Assembly (NCBI GenBank): GCA_024704765.1
Contig: JAKMXF010000332.1
Coordinates: 540,018 to 604,017 of the forward strand
Source: Oopsacas minuta
Lineage: Eukaryota; Animalia; Porifera
DNA: 64,000 bases
Direction of reading: 5' to 3'
Shown here: piece after piece, positions 49,830 to 61,384 of the stretch
Numbering within the stretch: the first letter of the stretch is position 1
How the letters are laid out: every line of letters begins with the position of its first letter
Program-made: the position numbers and the translations under genes
The notes under the pieces: model-generated
Seen by the model: the letters and a program-made list of their open reading frames with translations, nothing else
Told to the model about the DNA's origin: nothing
The model's database searches: none

Positions 49830-51154
49830 AGAGGAGGAGCAGAATTAGAAATGGGACATGGCAGTGCGAGGAGAGGGGAACTTGCAAAGCAAGAATACAC
49901 ACCAAAGGTGCAGAGATAGTGAAGCGCACAAGTGAACATACTCATACACCTGGCGAGTAGGCCGTGAGCTGCTGCGAGACGAAGGTGGGTATCAAGAGGA
50001 AAGCGCGAGAGTCCCAGGATAGCACACACCACAAAGTGGGCGAGAGTTTGCATACAGCATCAGAGGGTACTGCTGCTAAACTACCCAAGCTGGACAGCCT
50101 GAAGCGGACAATACAACACCAAGTGCTAGTGTACTTGCACCGCCAGTACAGCCTACCACTTTAGCAGAGCTAGCTCTACCAGCAGTCTACCAGCAGGCAG
50201 CCAAAGGAGAACAGTTCTTACTCTACGACTCTGGTACAGACAATGTACACAGATTCCTCATCTTCGGGACACAACACAACCTCGGGATGCTGCAGCGAAG
50301 CAAGATCTGGCTAGCTAATGGCACCTCCCCTCTTTGTCAGGTGTATGTGGTGCATGGACTCCGTGGAGGAGATGATCCTATGAAGACCGGTCATCTGTTA
50401 CCGAGCCTGTTCGTGCTATCGCCCAACAAGACGTAGGCTGCCTACCTGAGGATGTGGGAACAGATCTGCCTACTCTGTCCACTTGCCCAGCCTCACAGAT
50501 GCTCCTGGACTTTGAGAAGGGCGCAATTACCAGCTTTGAGCATGTCTGGCCTAACACAGTAGTGAAGTGCTGCTTCTTCCACCTCACACAGAATATCTGG
50601 CGACATGTGCAGTCTGCCTACACACATAACGAAGAGTTGGTTATGCGCATCCGGAAGATGCCAGCCGTTGCTTTTGTCCGACCAGCAGACGTACCCGATC
50701 TGTTGGATCAAGTGACAATGGACCTCCCCCTTACGCCTGAGATAGGCGAACTAGTCGACTACTTTGAGAGGACGTATATCGGCCGCACACTTGCTAGCGG
50801 ATACCATGTAGCGGCGACGTACCCTATTCACCTGTGGAACAACCACATCGGCACACCCCTAGGACTCCCCCGTACAGCCAACGCTGTAAAGGCATGGCAC
50901 CGGCGCTTCAATGCCACTGTCGGCTGCTATCACCCCACCATATGTAAGTTCATCCTCTCCTTCAAGCGTGAGCAGGGCCTAGTGGAGGTGCGGCATACTA
51001 CTACCTTGTTGACAAACCACCAACCAAGCGGAGGCGATCCCACCAGAGTGAAGAAGTGTTGAAGACTCTAGTTCGTGAATATTATTCTCCAGATCGTTCT
51101 AAAATGGAATTCTTGCAGGGTGTAGCACATCATTTCAGTCTGGGAACGGATTAA
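49830..51154 (+). mobile_element. MULE transposase copy A (FLYWCH + MULE domain), 5'-truncated and disrupted
   Basis: WQCEERGTCKARIH..HTH, MLLDFEKGAI, KCCFFHLTQNIWR, YFERTYIG, PRTANAVKAWHRRFN. Premature TAG at 49958-49960; the DGTF motif has decayed to NGTS with a deletion; stop at 51152-51154. Confidence 0.9.
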
Positions 51155-54100
51155 CATGTTAATCTGAAATATTATCATTAGTCGATGTATTTGAGGCAAG
51201 ATAATATGGAAGATTAATATCCGCTCTCAGGTTGAGATAGTGTCTACATCAGGGGTCGGCAACCTTTTGAGCCTGCGGGCCAGATTGAGTCTTTCAGTGC
51301 ATTGCGCGGGCCAAGCGATCACCATTCTCTGATCTTATTCGAAATTTATCAATTGTCGAATTGGTAATTATAAATAGATATGTTAGAATTGTCTTTAATA
51401 ATGGAAGAAAACTAGAATAAGTGAATTAGTAATGCAATTTTTGATGCTGTCCGTCCTTTGACAGTCTTATTACATCAGGTGATATTGTAGAAGTTGATAA
51501 TCGCATTACATTTTCCAAATGGTCGTCCTTTAATCTCGTTCTTAGCTTGTTTTTGCATATTTCATTCTTGAGAAAAGTTGCTCGCAAACATAAGTACTAC
51601 CAAAAAGTACTGCAATTGTCTTGGCATGCTTCCTCAGTACTGGAAATTTGTCTTTTGTCAAGTACTTCTGATAGAATTCCACAAGAGAAAGATCCCGGTA
51701 CCTTGACTTAAGCTCAACAGAATTTTGAAGCTCGATTAGCTCCAATTGCATCTCTTCTGGGGCCTCAATATAATTGACACCAAATGGACTAGCGAAATAA
51801 CTGAACTCCCTTTGATACTTCTCTACGTCAGCAAACCGGATATCAAATTGTACGCTTAGATCAGATATAAAAGTAGAATAGTAAGTTACATCAATTGGCT
51901 GATTTGCATTAGGACTAGGAAAATGTGCACAATTCTGCTGATTCAATTGAAACTCCCACAATCGCAACTTAGCTTGAAATGCACATACATGTTCATAAAG
52001 GACGTTAACTAACTGGTTCTTTCCCTGTAGTTTCAAATTTAAACTGTTCAAGTGATTGGTAATATCCACAAGAAAAGCAAAATCTGACAACCATTTTGAA
52101 TCACTAAATTCAGGAACTTCCAAACCCTTTTCTCTAACGAATGTCGTCAATTCATTTCTCAGCTGATACACTCTCTCTAGCATAGCACCTCTGCTTAACC
52201 AGCGAACTTCGCAATAATATAATAAATCACCGTATTGAGAATCTATCTCTTCCATCAGTTGTTGAAATTGACGATGATTCAACCCCCTTGAGCGTACAAA
52301 GTTCACATTCTTAACAACCACTCGCATGACTTCTTGCATCCTCAAAGATTTTGCACATAGGGCTTCAAGATGAATTATGCAGTGTGTCCGTACTAAATTT
52401 CGCTCGATTCCAACATTTCTCATCTCTTTTTCAATTAATGAAACTGCTCCGTTCACGGTACCGGTCATTGCTGGGGCACCATCTGTTGTCACTCCACAAA
52501 GATCATCTAATTTTAGACCAAAGTCATCTATAACACTTTTAACTGCATTAAAAATATTTAGGCCAGTTGTAGTATCCCTAAGTGGAACCAAGCTTGCAAA
52601 CTCTTCAGTGATATCAAAGTGCGCATTAATCCCTCTTATAAAAACAGCAACTTGAGCAGTATCCTTGAGATCAGTACTCTCATCCAAAGCAATGGCGAAT
52701 AATTCAAATTGGCGCGTAAGTTCTTTTAATGATAGTTTGACGTCAGCAGATAAATCTTCAATTCTACGTGTGGCAGTTCGGCAGAAAGACTGATGTTAGC
52801 GAACAGGCATTTTTCTCCGGGCAAAGAAAGTCAACCGCAGTTAGAAGACATTCTTTCACAAATTCTCCATCAGTAAACGGCTTCATTTTTCTGCCAATGA
52901 TTTCACAGATAGCGAAACTTGCACAAGTACTGTTTGCGGATTCGGTATCTTGCTTTGTGAAAATATCTTGTTATTTACACAGGGATCCTCGTAGAGAATT
53001 AATCTTTACTTTTCGCTCTTCTCCAATAATTGAATCAAATTTCTTCGAGTGCTTTGTTGTGTAATGTCACTTTAGATTACACTCTTTTACAACAACCACA
53101 GTTGCATTACATAGCAAACATAAAGGCTTATCTCCAAACATAATAAAAAGTATTGTTCAGTCCAACTTTCCGTGAATGTTCGATTTTCCCGATCTACTTT
53201 TCTTCTCTTATTTGATACCATACGTAAATAAATCTGAGCAACAAAATCACTCAAAAAATGCTACATTTAAAGATAAGTGAAGTTAATGAAAAATTGAAAA
53301 AATACTTACTAAAATGCTTTTGAAATCAAGGACTATTTACTAAGAATGATAAGTGAACAAAGAGCAGCCTTGAAAAGACGTAATAATCATATTTATTCAA
53401 TTATATTATTGACAGGTTGTAACTTGTAAGGTGCTAAAGAAATTCATTGCGCATGCACAATCACCACTATTCATTGAACGATGTATTGAACGATGTATTG
53501 AACCGTGCATTCACCAGCAAGGATTATCTTAGAAAAATAATATTCTAAAATTTTTGCTTCCAATTGATGAACAAATTGGAATTTACAATATAAATGCTAA
53601 GGAGAACGCCGCGGGCCGGAGGTTGCCGACCGCTGGTCTACACCCTGCAAGAACTCCATCTTAGTACGATTTGGTGAATAATATTCTCCAACTAGAGTCT
53701 TCAACGAGTCCTCACTCTGGTGAGACTTCCTCCGCTTGGTTGGTGACTTGCCAACAAGGTAGTTAGCATGCCGCACCTCCACTAGGCCCTGCTCACGCTT
53801 GAAGGAGAGGATGAACTTACATATGGTGGGGTGATAGCAGCCGACAGTGGCATTGAAGCGCCGGTGCCATGCCTTTACAGCGTTGGCTGTACGGGGGAGT
53901 CCTAGGGGTGTGCCGATGTGGTTGTTCCACAGGTGAATAGGGTACGTCGCCGCTACATGGTATCCGCTAGCAAGTGTGCGGCCGATATACGTCCTCTCAA
54001 AGTAGTCGACTAGTTCGCCTATCTCAGGCGTAAGGGGGAGGTCCATTGTCACTTGATCCAACAGATCGGGTACGTCTGCTGGTCGGACAAAAGCAACGGC

Positions 54101-54905
54101 TGGCATCTTCCGGATGCGCATAACCAACTCTTCGTTATGTGTGTAGGCAGACTGCACATGTCGCCAGATATTCTGTGTGAGGTGGAAGAAGCAGCACTTC
54201 ACTACTGTGTTAGGCCAGACATGCTCAAAGCTGGTAATTGCGCCCTTCTCAAAGTCCAGGAGCATCTGTGAGGCTGGGCAAGTGGACAGAGTAGGCAGAT
54301 CTGTTCCCACATCCTCAGGTAGGCAGCCTACGTCTTGTTGGGCGATAGCACGAACAGGCTCGGTAACAGATGACCGGTCTTCATAGGATCATCTCCTCCA
54401 CGGAGTCCATGCACCACATACACCTGACAAAGAGGGGAGGTGCCATTAGCTAGCCAGATCTTGCTTCGCTGCAGCATCCCGAGGTTGTGTTGTGTCCCGA
54501 AGATGAGGAATCTGTGTACATTGTCTGTACCAGAGTCGTAGAGTAAGAACTGTTCTCCTTTGGCTGCCTGCTGGTAGACTGCTGGTAGAGCTAGCTCTGC
54601 TAAAGTGGTAGGCTGTACTGGCGGTGCAAGTACACTAGCACTTGGTGTTGTATTGTCCGCTTCAGGCTGTCCAGCTTGGGTAGTTTAGCAGCAGTACCCT
54701 CTGATGCTGTATGCAAACTCTCGCCCACTTTGTGGTGTGTGCTATCCTGGGACTCTCGCGCTTTCCTCTTGATACCCACCTTCGTCTCGCAGCAGCTCAC
54801 GGCCTACTCGCCAGGTGTATGAGTATGTTCACTTGTGCGCTTCACTATCTCTGCACCTTTGGTGTGTATTCTTGCTTTGCAAGTTCCCCTCTCCTCGCAC
54901 TGCCA
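49859..54905. repeat. 1138-bp inverted repeat pair (49859-50996 / 53768-54905)
   Basis: Arms have equal length. Sampled blocks are identical by eye, and five ORF-track pairs translate identically within the tract (e.g. 49964-50164 vs 54600-54800; 50378-50587 vs 54177-54386; 50493-50711 vs 54053-54271). Confidence 0.92.
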
Positions 54906-55452
54906 ATGCACCATATCTCCAATCCTCCTCTGTACTGTAAACATATAGCCTCCCTCCATGATCTTCTTGCCTCCTCTGATTGTGCTGATCAACTTGAATG
55001 GTTAATCAGAAGGAGGCTCTGCCATTAGAGAAATATAATTGAAATAATACAATAAAAATATATGTATGATTATTTTGAGGAAAACTGATCTGAACAATTG
55101 AAGTAAGCAAGCCTATTTATTGAATTTTGGAGCTTGTTGACTTCATTAAACAGCTGTACGATGTTTATAGAGTCTAGAATTTGATGCTGATTTCTTGAGC
55201 TTTACGTTCCAATTCGTGTATAAACATTGTCAGTTGTTTCGAATTATTTGATTGACTTAACTTCTGAAAATATACTCAATGAATTTAGGCTCAATACTTT
55301 GAACGACTTTACAATAATCCAAACTATAACTGGGATTCTACAAGGGTAGATTTTATACTATTTACGGGGAATAATTTAATTAAAAATAATAATTACAATT
55401 GGCCAATCAAATACGTAGCGAGATGTCGGTATCCGGTAAAGGAAGATACCCG
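51214..55452 (-). mobile_element. MULE copy B, interrupted near its 3' end by a Buster hAT
   Basis: FLYWCH start ISTIRGGKKIMEGGYMFT..HWQCEERGTCKAR (54804-54992); core at 53636-54310; 3' tail resumes at 51214-51249 on the other side of the hAT. TIR-like CCGGATACCGACATCTCGC near 55410-55452. Confidence 0.85.
51250..53635 (-). mobile_element. Buster-type hAT transposon (SPIN/GTF2IRD2-like transposase), lightly disrupted
   Basis: TIR CAG(G/C)GGTCGGCAACCT; TSD GTCTACAT / GTCTACAC (nnnTAnnn). Transposase about 53221 to 51427: KRRKVDRENRTF..PLCLLC, DESTDLKDTAQ, TTDGAPAM, HCIIH, VRWLSRG, FGSTYVCEQLFS. One stop and at least two frameshifts. Confidence 0.93.
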
Positions 55453-55520
55453 TTATATTTAGTATTTTATTGATATGTAAATGTGTTATTTATATTCTCC
55501 TCAATTTGATGATGAACATA

Positions 55521-56864
55521 CAGTCTGTTACATATTATTTAGAATGGAGATGTTTTGTTACAAAACCTCAGTACTTTGTCTTACTTCACTCAGGCTACTT
55601 GTGTTTCACTGTCTATAATGACTTAATGATATATTTTGCTAAAATTCCCTCAACCAAGTCATTATCTTAGTTTTCCGGAAATTTGACTCTTTAATATTAA
55701 TTATGACGTCATTTAAATATTCATTTTGACCTCCATTACTATTATTTACCTTAATTATTTCCCTACTTGACAATTAACTCTGAAAATGACTCACTACGGG
55801 AAGAGGAAAATTGTGAAGACACTTCTAGAATCCGGGAAGCTTTTGCCCAAGGAAATCTCTGTTAATTATGGAATTTCCTCAGCTACAGTTTACAATGTTA
55901 AACGCCGATTAGATGAAGGTGTACCACTATCTCACCAAAAGGGCGCAGGGAGACCTAATAACTTGCGATCTTCCATCAAATTGTCTATTCTTCACCGGGT
56001 ACGATGTAAACCATACCTCTCTTTGCGAGCATTAGCAAGTCGTACAGGTAATCAAGCTTCCTATCAGACTGTCCGGAGAGTGTTGAAGGACAAATCTTAC
56101 AACAAACCTTACCCTGTTCAGATCCCTATGCTGAGTGAAAAAAATCGCATGTACAGGATAGAATGGGCAAAAAAGTACGAATACTCGAAGAAACAATGGG
56201 CCCAAACAATATTTCTTGACGAGATGTCAATCTGGCTCTCAAGGGGGAGATTAAGGATGTGGACAAACTCCAACAAAAAAAGGATCGCCCCACAACGAAG
56301 CATGTCCCAAAGATACACGTGTGTGCTGCATTCTCATCTATGGGTACATTCCCATTGTGCGTTTTCACTAACAATATGAACAGTGGAATGTTTTTAGATA
56401 TAATGGAAGGATATTTGATAACTCAGGCACAGGCATATCATGAAAGTAACTGGCGATTGGTGATGGATAATGATCCAAAACCCACCTCGCAAAAGGTCCG
56501 CACCTGGTTGGCATAAAATGTACCAAATCAGATTCCATGGCCTTCGCAAAGTCCAGATCTTAACCCCATTGAATATTTATTCGCATGGGTGAAGCGAGAG
56601 ATACTTAAGCTAGGCCCAAGGACAATTCCAGAACTGAAACTCAATTTAGAACTGGTCTGGAATCGTATTCAACCAGATTTTCTTAAAGCTTACTGGGAAT
56701 CAATGCCCAGTAGATGCCAACTAGTAGTAGAGGGCAACGGGTATCCTATTAATTATTAAGATCCATTACTTCACTCTCAATTTGGGGTATATATGGCAAT
56801 GTATACTGTAACTCTAATAATTTTCGGTTTAAGTAACAATTCTAAATAAATATGTAACAGACGG
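55521..56864 (+). mobile_element. Tc1 (DD34E) transposon, disrupted
   Basis: TIR C(A/C)GTCTGTTACATATT(T)ATTTAGAAT, TA flanks. Transposase 55786-56759 with IFLDEM, MDNDPKP, SPDLNPIE; frameshift near 56290 and TAA at 56514-56516. Confidence 0.88.
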
Positions 56865-56879
56865 TACTTGCTGGACCGG

Positions 56880-57620
56880 CCCCTCATATATCGAAACACC
56901 CATGTGTCTATTGTGAAGGAACTACTAAAATATGGGAAAATGATGCCAGTTCCCGAACTTAAGAAAGTATATCTGGGAATTTTTATACTTTGAATAGTGA
57001 GAGTGGTAAAAAGTCTGAACTAACATATTTCTTTAATTGCAAGAATATACTTTTGATTAGTTATGATAATGATGTTGATGACTCAACAATGTTGATTCTA
57101 GTTTGTCCACCCCCAGCACTACACCTGAAACTAGGAATTGTAGATACAATGATATCGGAAAAGTTAATTCGATCCCCTGATTTGGAAAATGGTTTACGTT
57201 AGAAGCTCAACATTATCAGGGAAAATCATCGCGGTGAAAGTATGTTATTTCAAATTGAGATTTATCCATTTTAGATATCTCCAAAACAACCACAGGATAA
57301 CCTCCTGCATTACTTAATCTTTTTTCTTTGAAATGAATTCTCTAAGATTTTGAACGATTTAACGGCGATGAGAGTTAATTTACTCCCAGGACTGTTACCT
57401 TTTTGGTATTGTCGTATGATTTCAAAATGTACATGATAGTTGCTTCGGTAATGAATTGAAGGTGTAGTGCATAATATTTTCCGGAGTTCTCGCGGAAGTA
57501 TTGATAGACTTGTTGAGGACTTTAGATTCAGTATCATTCCCGAAATTCACATAATCCTGAGACATGTACCAGAATCTATCCGATTCTCAGGCAACATTTC
57601 GGACTGTATTGTGAACAAGC
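56880..57620 (+). mobile_element. Chapaev-like (CMC) transposase remnant, distinct from the Chapaev3 copies
   Basis: PCVYCEG..W..RT, FFNCKN, CPPPALHLKLGIVD, DSCFGNEL, FSIIPEIHIILRHVPE. Confidence 0.5.
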
Positions 57621-57884
57621 AGTCGAGAGCTGACACTCTAGTTTTGATATATATTTTGCTAAATATCGTATTAAAGATCAAAACAGTAAGCTCTATGGGG
57701 ATAATCTTTTAGATCTATCAATGAATAAATTCTTCTCATTTCTGAATTTATTGCTACTATAATTTATATTTTCATTATTTCTTTAGTTTCTAGATACAAG
57801 ACTCTTGTTTATTCTCCAAGAGTTGTATAAATTGAAGTTGTATTTGATTACTGTTAAACGAAATTTAAAGGTTAATAGCTATTA

Positions 57885-60800
57885 CCGAATGGCAGACATT
57901 TCGTCGCCGGTCATTTAGTCGAGATATTAATCGATAAGTATATTCTGGAAGTATTTAATAATAAAACGGTCACACATTTTCATTTATGCTGTATTATATG
58001 AGAGAGATAAATAAGTGTATTATATTATATAGAAGAGATACGTGGATTATATGTGTAGTTTAAAATTGAAAGTCGTGTGCTATCCCTCCTAAATAGGAGA
58101 GAGTTTCTCTATTGTCATAATTTGCGACAAGACTTAATATTCTGTCATTTCTCGTCACACTAAGCTTTGAGGTTTGGTGGGTTTCTCCTATATCCCACTT
58201 GACTAATATAGCTTCTTGTAGTGATTGTTCTCTTTTTTGTAAGGGCATTAATAGCTTCAAAAAGCCTGGATGAGGACAGTTAATTCCTGATGTGAAAGCA
58301 TTATGCCATCCTTCTATTACGTTGTTGATTCTCGCTAATTCAGAGGAGACTCAATGATGCATATTCCATATCCTTATTGGAAAAGGTGGTACTCTTCTGC
58401 TGTGATCAGGAAGTCTTTGACCAAGGTTATTAACCTCGAAATATTGAGCGATGTCTATTGCTGAGTCTGGAAAATCTCCCATCAGTATCAAAAAACAATT
58501 GATTACAACATTTTCTGGTACGAACGCCAGGCTTGATAGCACTTTCATCCTGATTGAGAATTCTTCATCTTCAAGGTATCTCCTTACTAGTCCTTTTGGC
58601 TGGATTTGACGGTAAGTATTTTGCGCTAAGTGAAAAAAGCAACCAGATATTGTAGAATGAAGTTATCTTCTATTCCATTGAGTGCAGCTTTTTCAAAATC
58701 GACCATTATATGAGATGGATTCAGGGCTGGTTCGATGTCAATCAAAGATCTAAAGAGTTTCGTGTATGTTGTTTCCCCTATATTTGTTAAAGTCCATATA
58801 AACAGGGTATTATATAACCATCTTTTTCGCAGTGAATGGTGTAGAGTTGAAGGAATTGACTTGGCACAACACTAAATGTGCCATCTGCGAACCAATTGCT
58901 CGAATCACGCAAAAGAGAAAATATTTGACGAGTACCAAAGACTAAGATTCTGTTAGTATTGCCAATTCCAGAATCAAATAATAGAAATGATTATCCTTTC
59001 AATGTTATTCTGTATACATCAGGGATGGTTAAATCTTCAGCAGACGTGAGATACTAAAATCTTCTTTACCAGATTTTTGAAGACGGATTGTCCGTTTTAG
59101 CGAATCAAATTTAACTATAGTAGAAATTGCTGAATCAGTCGTTGTTTCAATCCCACTTGCCAATATTAATCTTGTACTCTCTTCAGAATTCTTCGCTCGA
59201 GCCTTCATATTAGTGATGCCTTTAATCATTTCAATTCTGGGAGGATTTGGCCCATGCGTATGAAACGAATGTACATCTTCAACGCTTGTAGGTTTGACTA
59301 CATTCGCATAATTTATAGATATGCGTGCTTTACAAGGTTGCACGATTTTCGCAAACCCAATGTGATAATTTCGGGGAGCATTTATTAAGAGTGTAGATAA
59401 ATCCTTCAATACAAGCCTTCTCCTTATTTTTATTCGTCTTGAGTAATTAAATTTTGAATGGTGTACTAGGGCGTTCAATATCTTGCGGGTGATATCATAG
59501 AATATGATACAAACACTATATACACTAATTCATTATATTATTTATTCAAAGTAATCCCTCCTGCAGATACACAAAGTTTTAACCTTTCCACCCACTTGTA
59601 AAACCCCTTTTTGTACTCTTCTTCGGATGGATTTGAAGTACTGGTACAGGCCCGTTCCGAGTGCTTGTAATGTGTTAAAATCTTTGCCTTGAAGGTAGAT
59701 TTTAACCTTGGGGAATAGCCAAAAATCACACGGAGCTAGGTCTGGTGAGTATGGTGGATGGGGAAGTAATTCTAACCCTTCTACATCCAAGAAATTTTTG
59801 GTAAGCTTAGCTGTATGGGAACTGGCGTTATCAATTAAAATCGTCATTCCTCGAGTTCCGGTTCTCGGGCGATACTTTTCAATGTTTTTTATCAAATTGA
59901 AAGCACTTGCTCTGTTAAGAAAGTAGCAGTAACAGCCTTGCCACTCTCACAAGGTAATTGCAAGACAATTCCATGACTACTGAAGAAGATGGTATACATA
60001 ATCTTAACTTTCTGAAGCTTTCTGAAGTCTGGCCTAGGAATTTTCGCTGGTTGTTCGTCGCCCCTCACCCATGATCGCTTCTTATACTTGCTATATGGTG
60101 TTGAATAGTACACCACGTCTCGTCGCCAGTAATAATCTCTGGTGGGCGTCTAGAATCGCAGTCCTCATAAGTTTGCAAGAGTTTCTTGGCAATATTCAGT
60201 CGTGCCAACCTTTGATTCTCACTGAGCTTATGCGGGACCCATTTCCCACAAATCGATCGGTAGCCAAGCTCAGTCGTCAGAATTGTATGAATAGCTCCCG
60301 ATGAAATCTCTATACTTTGTTCTAACTGATTGACAGTAATGCACTTGTCTTCCAGACTATACTTTCAATGAGTGCGATATTCTCTGAAGTGGTGGCGGAT
60401 ACCGGTCTTCCAGATCGAGGCAAATCTGTGACATCAGCATCAGCAGATCTAAAACGGGCATCCCATCGCTTTACAGTAGATCTGGAATGGCAATCCACGC
60501 ACAATATCTCCTGTAACTCGCTGAAGATCTGTACGGGCTGGATCTTGAGTATTGTGCGAAACTCTATGTAAGCTCGCCATTTGAGGTTAAAATTATCATC
60601 CTTTGAAGCCATAAATTCAACAGTGGGTATAAATTGACTACACGTAGCTATCTCAAAAATTCATAATTTGTATTGAATACGCTTGAAACTTTCAGTATAC
60701 GGAGTTTAACTATATGGGCTTAAAATATATGAATTTAAATATATTACTTGACTAATTCCTAAGATGTATCATGACCCGTAAGACTTATTGAACGCCCTGA

Positions 60801-61080
60801 TAGTAGCCATGTGATATTACGATCAAAGATTTAATTGGTGTATCAACTCGTTTACACGTATGTATATAAATCAAGTGTAAAATATTGAAATCTTATAAGT
60901 ATGATGTTCCAATAAATGTTAATTCAAAAAAGTTCCTCAAAATGGAATTAATATTGTTTCTGGTAGATGAGATCTATTGATAACAAACAAATGAACCAAT
61001 GGACTTACTCTCAATGGATTAAATAACCTACGAAAAAAAGTCTGACGACTAAATGTCCGGCGACAAAGTGTCCGATTACC
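57885..61080 (-). mobile_element. MULE transposon, interrupted by a mariner
   Basis: Subterminal inverted repeats 57895-57921 / 61046-61072 (24/27 match). Transposase from ATG at 60810: EGFIYTLNK..HWVCE (FLYWCH), LADGTFSVVP, MVDFEKAA, FFHLAQN, RINNVIEGWHNAF; stop at 58060. Confidence 0.85.
59466..60800 (-). mobile_element. mariner (DD34D) transposon, frameshifted
   Basis: TIR (C/T)(T/C)AGGGCGTTCAATA..TCTT(G/A)CGGGT, TA flanks. Transposase about 60612-59542 with WVPHKL, ITGDETW, IDNASSH, YSPDLAPCDF; 34-residue spacing. Confidence 0.9.
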
Positions 61081-61384
61081 GTTATTACCATATATAAAAG
61101 GTGTGAAATTGATATTCTAAATATTAAATTTTAGCATGAAACAAATTTAAATGTCACACATAAAATAGTCTCAGTTGAATTAATAGATATAAAGAAGCAT
61201 ATTCTTGGCATAATTTCAAAATTTCAATTTTGTTTGGGACACTGTGCAAGTAGCTATTCAATTTGTATTAGTTACCCATAGGAAATAGACCCTAAGGAAA
61301 CGATTGGCATGATCAATAAATTTGTATAGCTTCCTTGTTTCATGCAATTGTTATGAAGACTTACGTATGGCCTAATAGCGATTA

